DNA of 10,644 nt, taken from assembly GCA_037481835.1 (NCBI GenBank), contig JBBFKW010000029.1:1-10644 (forward strand), in the 5' to 3' direction. The notes beneath the pieces were generated by a model. That model was not told the DNA's origin. It saw only the letters and a program-made list of their open reading frames with translations, and did not search any database. Made by a program: the position numbers and the translations under genes. The DNA is from Desulfosoma sp. (GTDB lineage: Bacteria > Desulfobacterota > Syntrophobacteria > Syntrophobacterales > DSM-9756). Below are positions 9,115 through 10,644 of this stretch, piece by piece; position 1 is the first letter of the stretch; every line of letters starts with the position of its first letter.

Positions 9115-10052
9115 CGCTCGCAAAAAAGGGCGTGCCCGATTGACCCTCTGATGAGATCCAAGAAACGATCCTGTGGAGGGATGCCGGCGCGGCCGCCGAG
9201 GCGGCGGGCGACCTGGGCGGCCGCCCATGAGGCGAAAGCGAGGCGCTCTTCCAGGGGGCGCCCTTCCAGCAGGCCGTAGACGTAGGCTCCGTGGAACACA
9301 TCGCCGCAGCCCGTAGTGTCCACGGCTGCGACGGCGTAAGCGTCTTGGCGGATCAGACGCCCTTTCGCGTAAAAGATGCTCCCTTTGGCGCCCAGGGTCA
9401 CGCCCGTCACCGAAGGGCCGAGGGCCGAGAGGCGCCGGCACGCCCCTTCGGGATCGTCGGCGCCCATGAAGCTCCGGGCGAAGGTTTCCGACGCAATGAA
9501 GTGATCGCTCCACCGGGCCAGATCCAGCATGCCGTCCCGAAGGGACCCGGCGTCCACCACCACGGGGACGGCCCATTCTTTGGCTTTTTTCGCCACGGCG
9601 AGGGCCGCCTCTATAAAGAGCCCGTCCGTCAGGACGACCCGTGATCGCCGTACCGCCTCCCATGGAATTTCTTCAGGCCGGATCGGCACCCCTGTGGGGC
9701 GGCACCAGAAAATCGTTCGCCGTCCCGTGCCGGCTTCGGCGGCAATGAAGGCGAATTGGGAAGAGCACCCCCGCCGCACGTGAATCCCCTCGGTTTCGAT
9801 GCCCTCCCGGGCCAGGGAATCCACAATGGCGGACCCGAAGGCGTCATCGCCCACCACACCGCAAAAGAAGCACCGTTTCCCCCAGCGGCTGAGCGCCACC
9901 AGGGCCGTGGCCACCGGGCCTCCCCCCTGAACCGTCAAATCCCGAAATTCGCACTTGGTGTCGGGATCGGGAAAACGGTCAATGCGGCCGATGTAGTCCA
10001 GGGAACATTGTCCCAGGCCGAAGACGTCCCACGACGAATCGGCGGAAGCCAT
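9111..10052 (-). CDS. PfkB/ribokinase-family carbohydrate kinase
   Basis: GLGQCSLD, GGGPVATALVALSRWG, GVVGDDAFG, VTLGAKG and DTTGCGDVFHGAY. Start placed at ATG 10052 by domain boundary; the track extends to 10133. Confidence 0.9.
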   Translation of the reverse strand: MASADSSWDVFGLGQCSLDYIGRIDRFPDPDTKCEFRDLTVQGGGPVATALVALSRWGKRCFFCGVVGDDAFGSAIVDSLAREGIETEGIHVRRGCSSQFAFIAAEAGTGRRTIFWCRPTGVPIRPEEIPWEAVRRSRVVLTDGLFIEAALAVAKKAKEWAVPVVVDAGSLRDGMLDLARWSDHFIASETFARSFMGADDPEGACRRLSALGPSVTGVTLGAKGSIFYAKGRLIRQDAYAVAAVDTTGCGDVFHGAYVYGLLEGRPLEERLAFASWAAAQVARRLGGRAGIPPQDRFLDLIRGSIGHALFCER

Positions 10053-10238
10053 CGCGTCATCCCGTAAAGACTCATTCCTTTGTTCTTGGCGCGCTTCCAC
10101 GTCGAAGATCCTTCCCGGCGAACTCAGCCGCACTTTGCCTTTTCACGGCCTCCAGCCCGTCACCGTTCGAGCATGGCCGCACTCGCGCCGCCGTGAGGCC
10201 CGGTGAGCCGCTCCGGCATGGGGGCCCCCTTCCGGTCG

Positions 10239-10487
10239 TCAGTGCAGGATTTGGCTGAGGAAGAGCCGGGTGCGCTCGTGCTTGGGGTTGGAGAAAAATT
10301 CCTGCGGCGTGTTTTCTTCCACGATGGAGCCCTGGTCCATGAAAAGGACCCGATGGGCCACGCTTCGAGCGAAGCCCATTTCGTGGGTGACCACGATCAT
10401 GGTCATGCCTTCCTGGGCCAGTTCGATCATGACGTCCAGGACTTCCTTGATCATTTCCGGGTCCAGGGCCGTTGTCCAGGACCTTAA
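10239..10487 (-). pseudogene. glnQ: Disrupted polar amino acid ABC transporter ATP-binding gene (GlnQ family), 3' remnant
   Basis: [14 protein letters not shown]...[25 protein letters not shown]...[16 protein letters not shown] is the GlnQ C-terminus. Similarity stops abruptly at ~10470, where DEPTS is expected. Confidence 0.85.
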
Positions 10488-10644
10488 CCCAAGTTTGTCA
10501 CTTTTGTGTGTAAGGTGTTGCTTTTGCTATGATCTGGTTTTAAATTCTACACTACAAATTTTTCACTCGATTTTCGTTAACCTTCTCAATGGCCGAACCG
10601 GCAGTTCGAGGGCCTTGTAAATTTCCACGTGAACCGGCTCCGGC
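10488..10644 (-). mobile_element. Downstream end (partial) of a probable IS1634-family insertion sequence
   Basis: Abrupt switch to AT-rich sequence. Minus strand ends ...GTGACAAACTTGGG next to TTAA, downstream of a transposase-like C-terminus and TGTAGTG. Family assignment is from memory of such ends; the other end is outside the window. Confidence 0.6.
10563..10644 (-). CDS. 3' end (partial) of probable transposase
   Basis: Reads PEPVHVEIYKALELPVRPLRRLTKIE* (TGA 10565-10563), resembling the PEPxxxxIYxALxL tail of IS1634-type transposases. Confidence 0.6.
   Translation of the reverse strand, partial: PEPVHVEIYKALELPVRPLRRLTKIE

Noticed and set aside
10239..10454. 71-aa ORF as an intact small protein
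   Set aside because: It is the C-terminal fragment of a GlnQ-type ATPase; similarity continues upstream of the Met (ALDPE).

Overview
GC-rich bacterial window, with gene content suggesting an anaerobic Deltaproteobacterium/Desulfobacterota (inference). Left to right: 3' end of a probable CO dehydrogenase cooS (+); a tightly coupled minus-strand five-gene run; a divergent LOG-family gene; a ~0.55 kb cluster of REP-like palindromes; a CinA-N/COG1058 gene; an orphan secreted protein with a possible sigma28 promoter; a PfkB kinase; a broken GlnQ-type ABC ATPase; and one end of a probable IS1634-family element. The five-gene run is the highlight. It encodes a SbcC/Rad50-like ATPase split at the zinc hook into separate N- and C-half genes, with an Mre11/SbcD-like nuclease and a small coiled-coil gene between the halves, followed by a PAS-GAF-PAS histidine kinase. 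The N-half arm carries six exact-period 39-aa proline-punctuated repeats. All calls come from manual motif recognition; no database searches were run.
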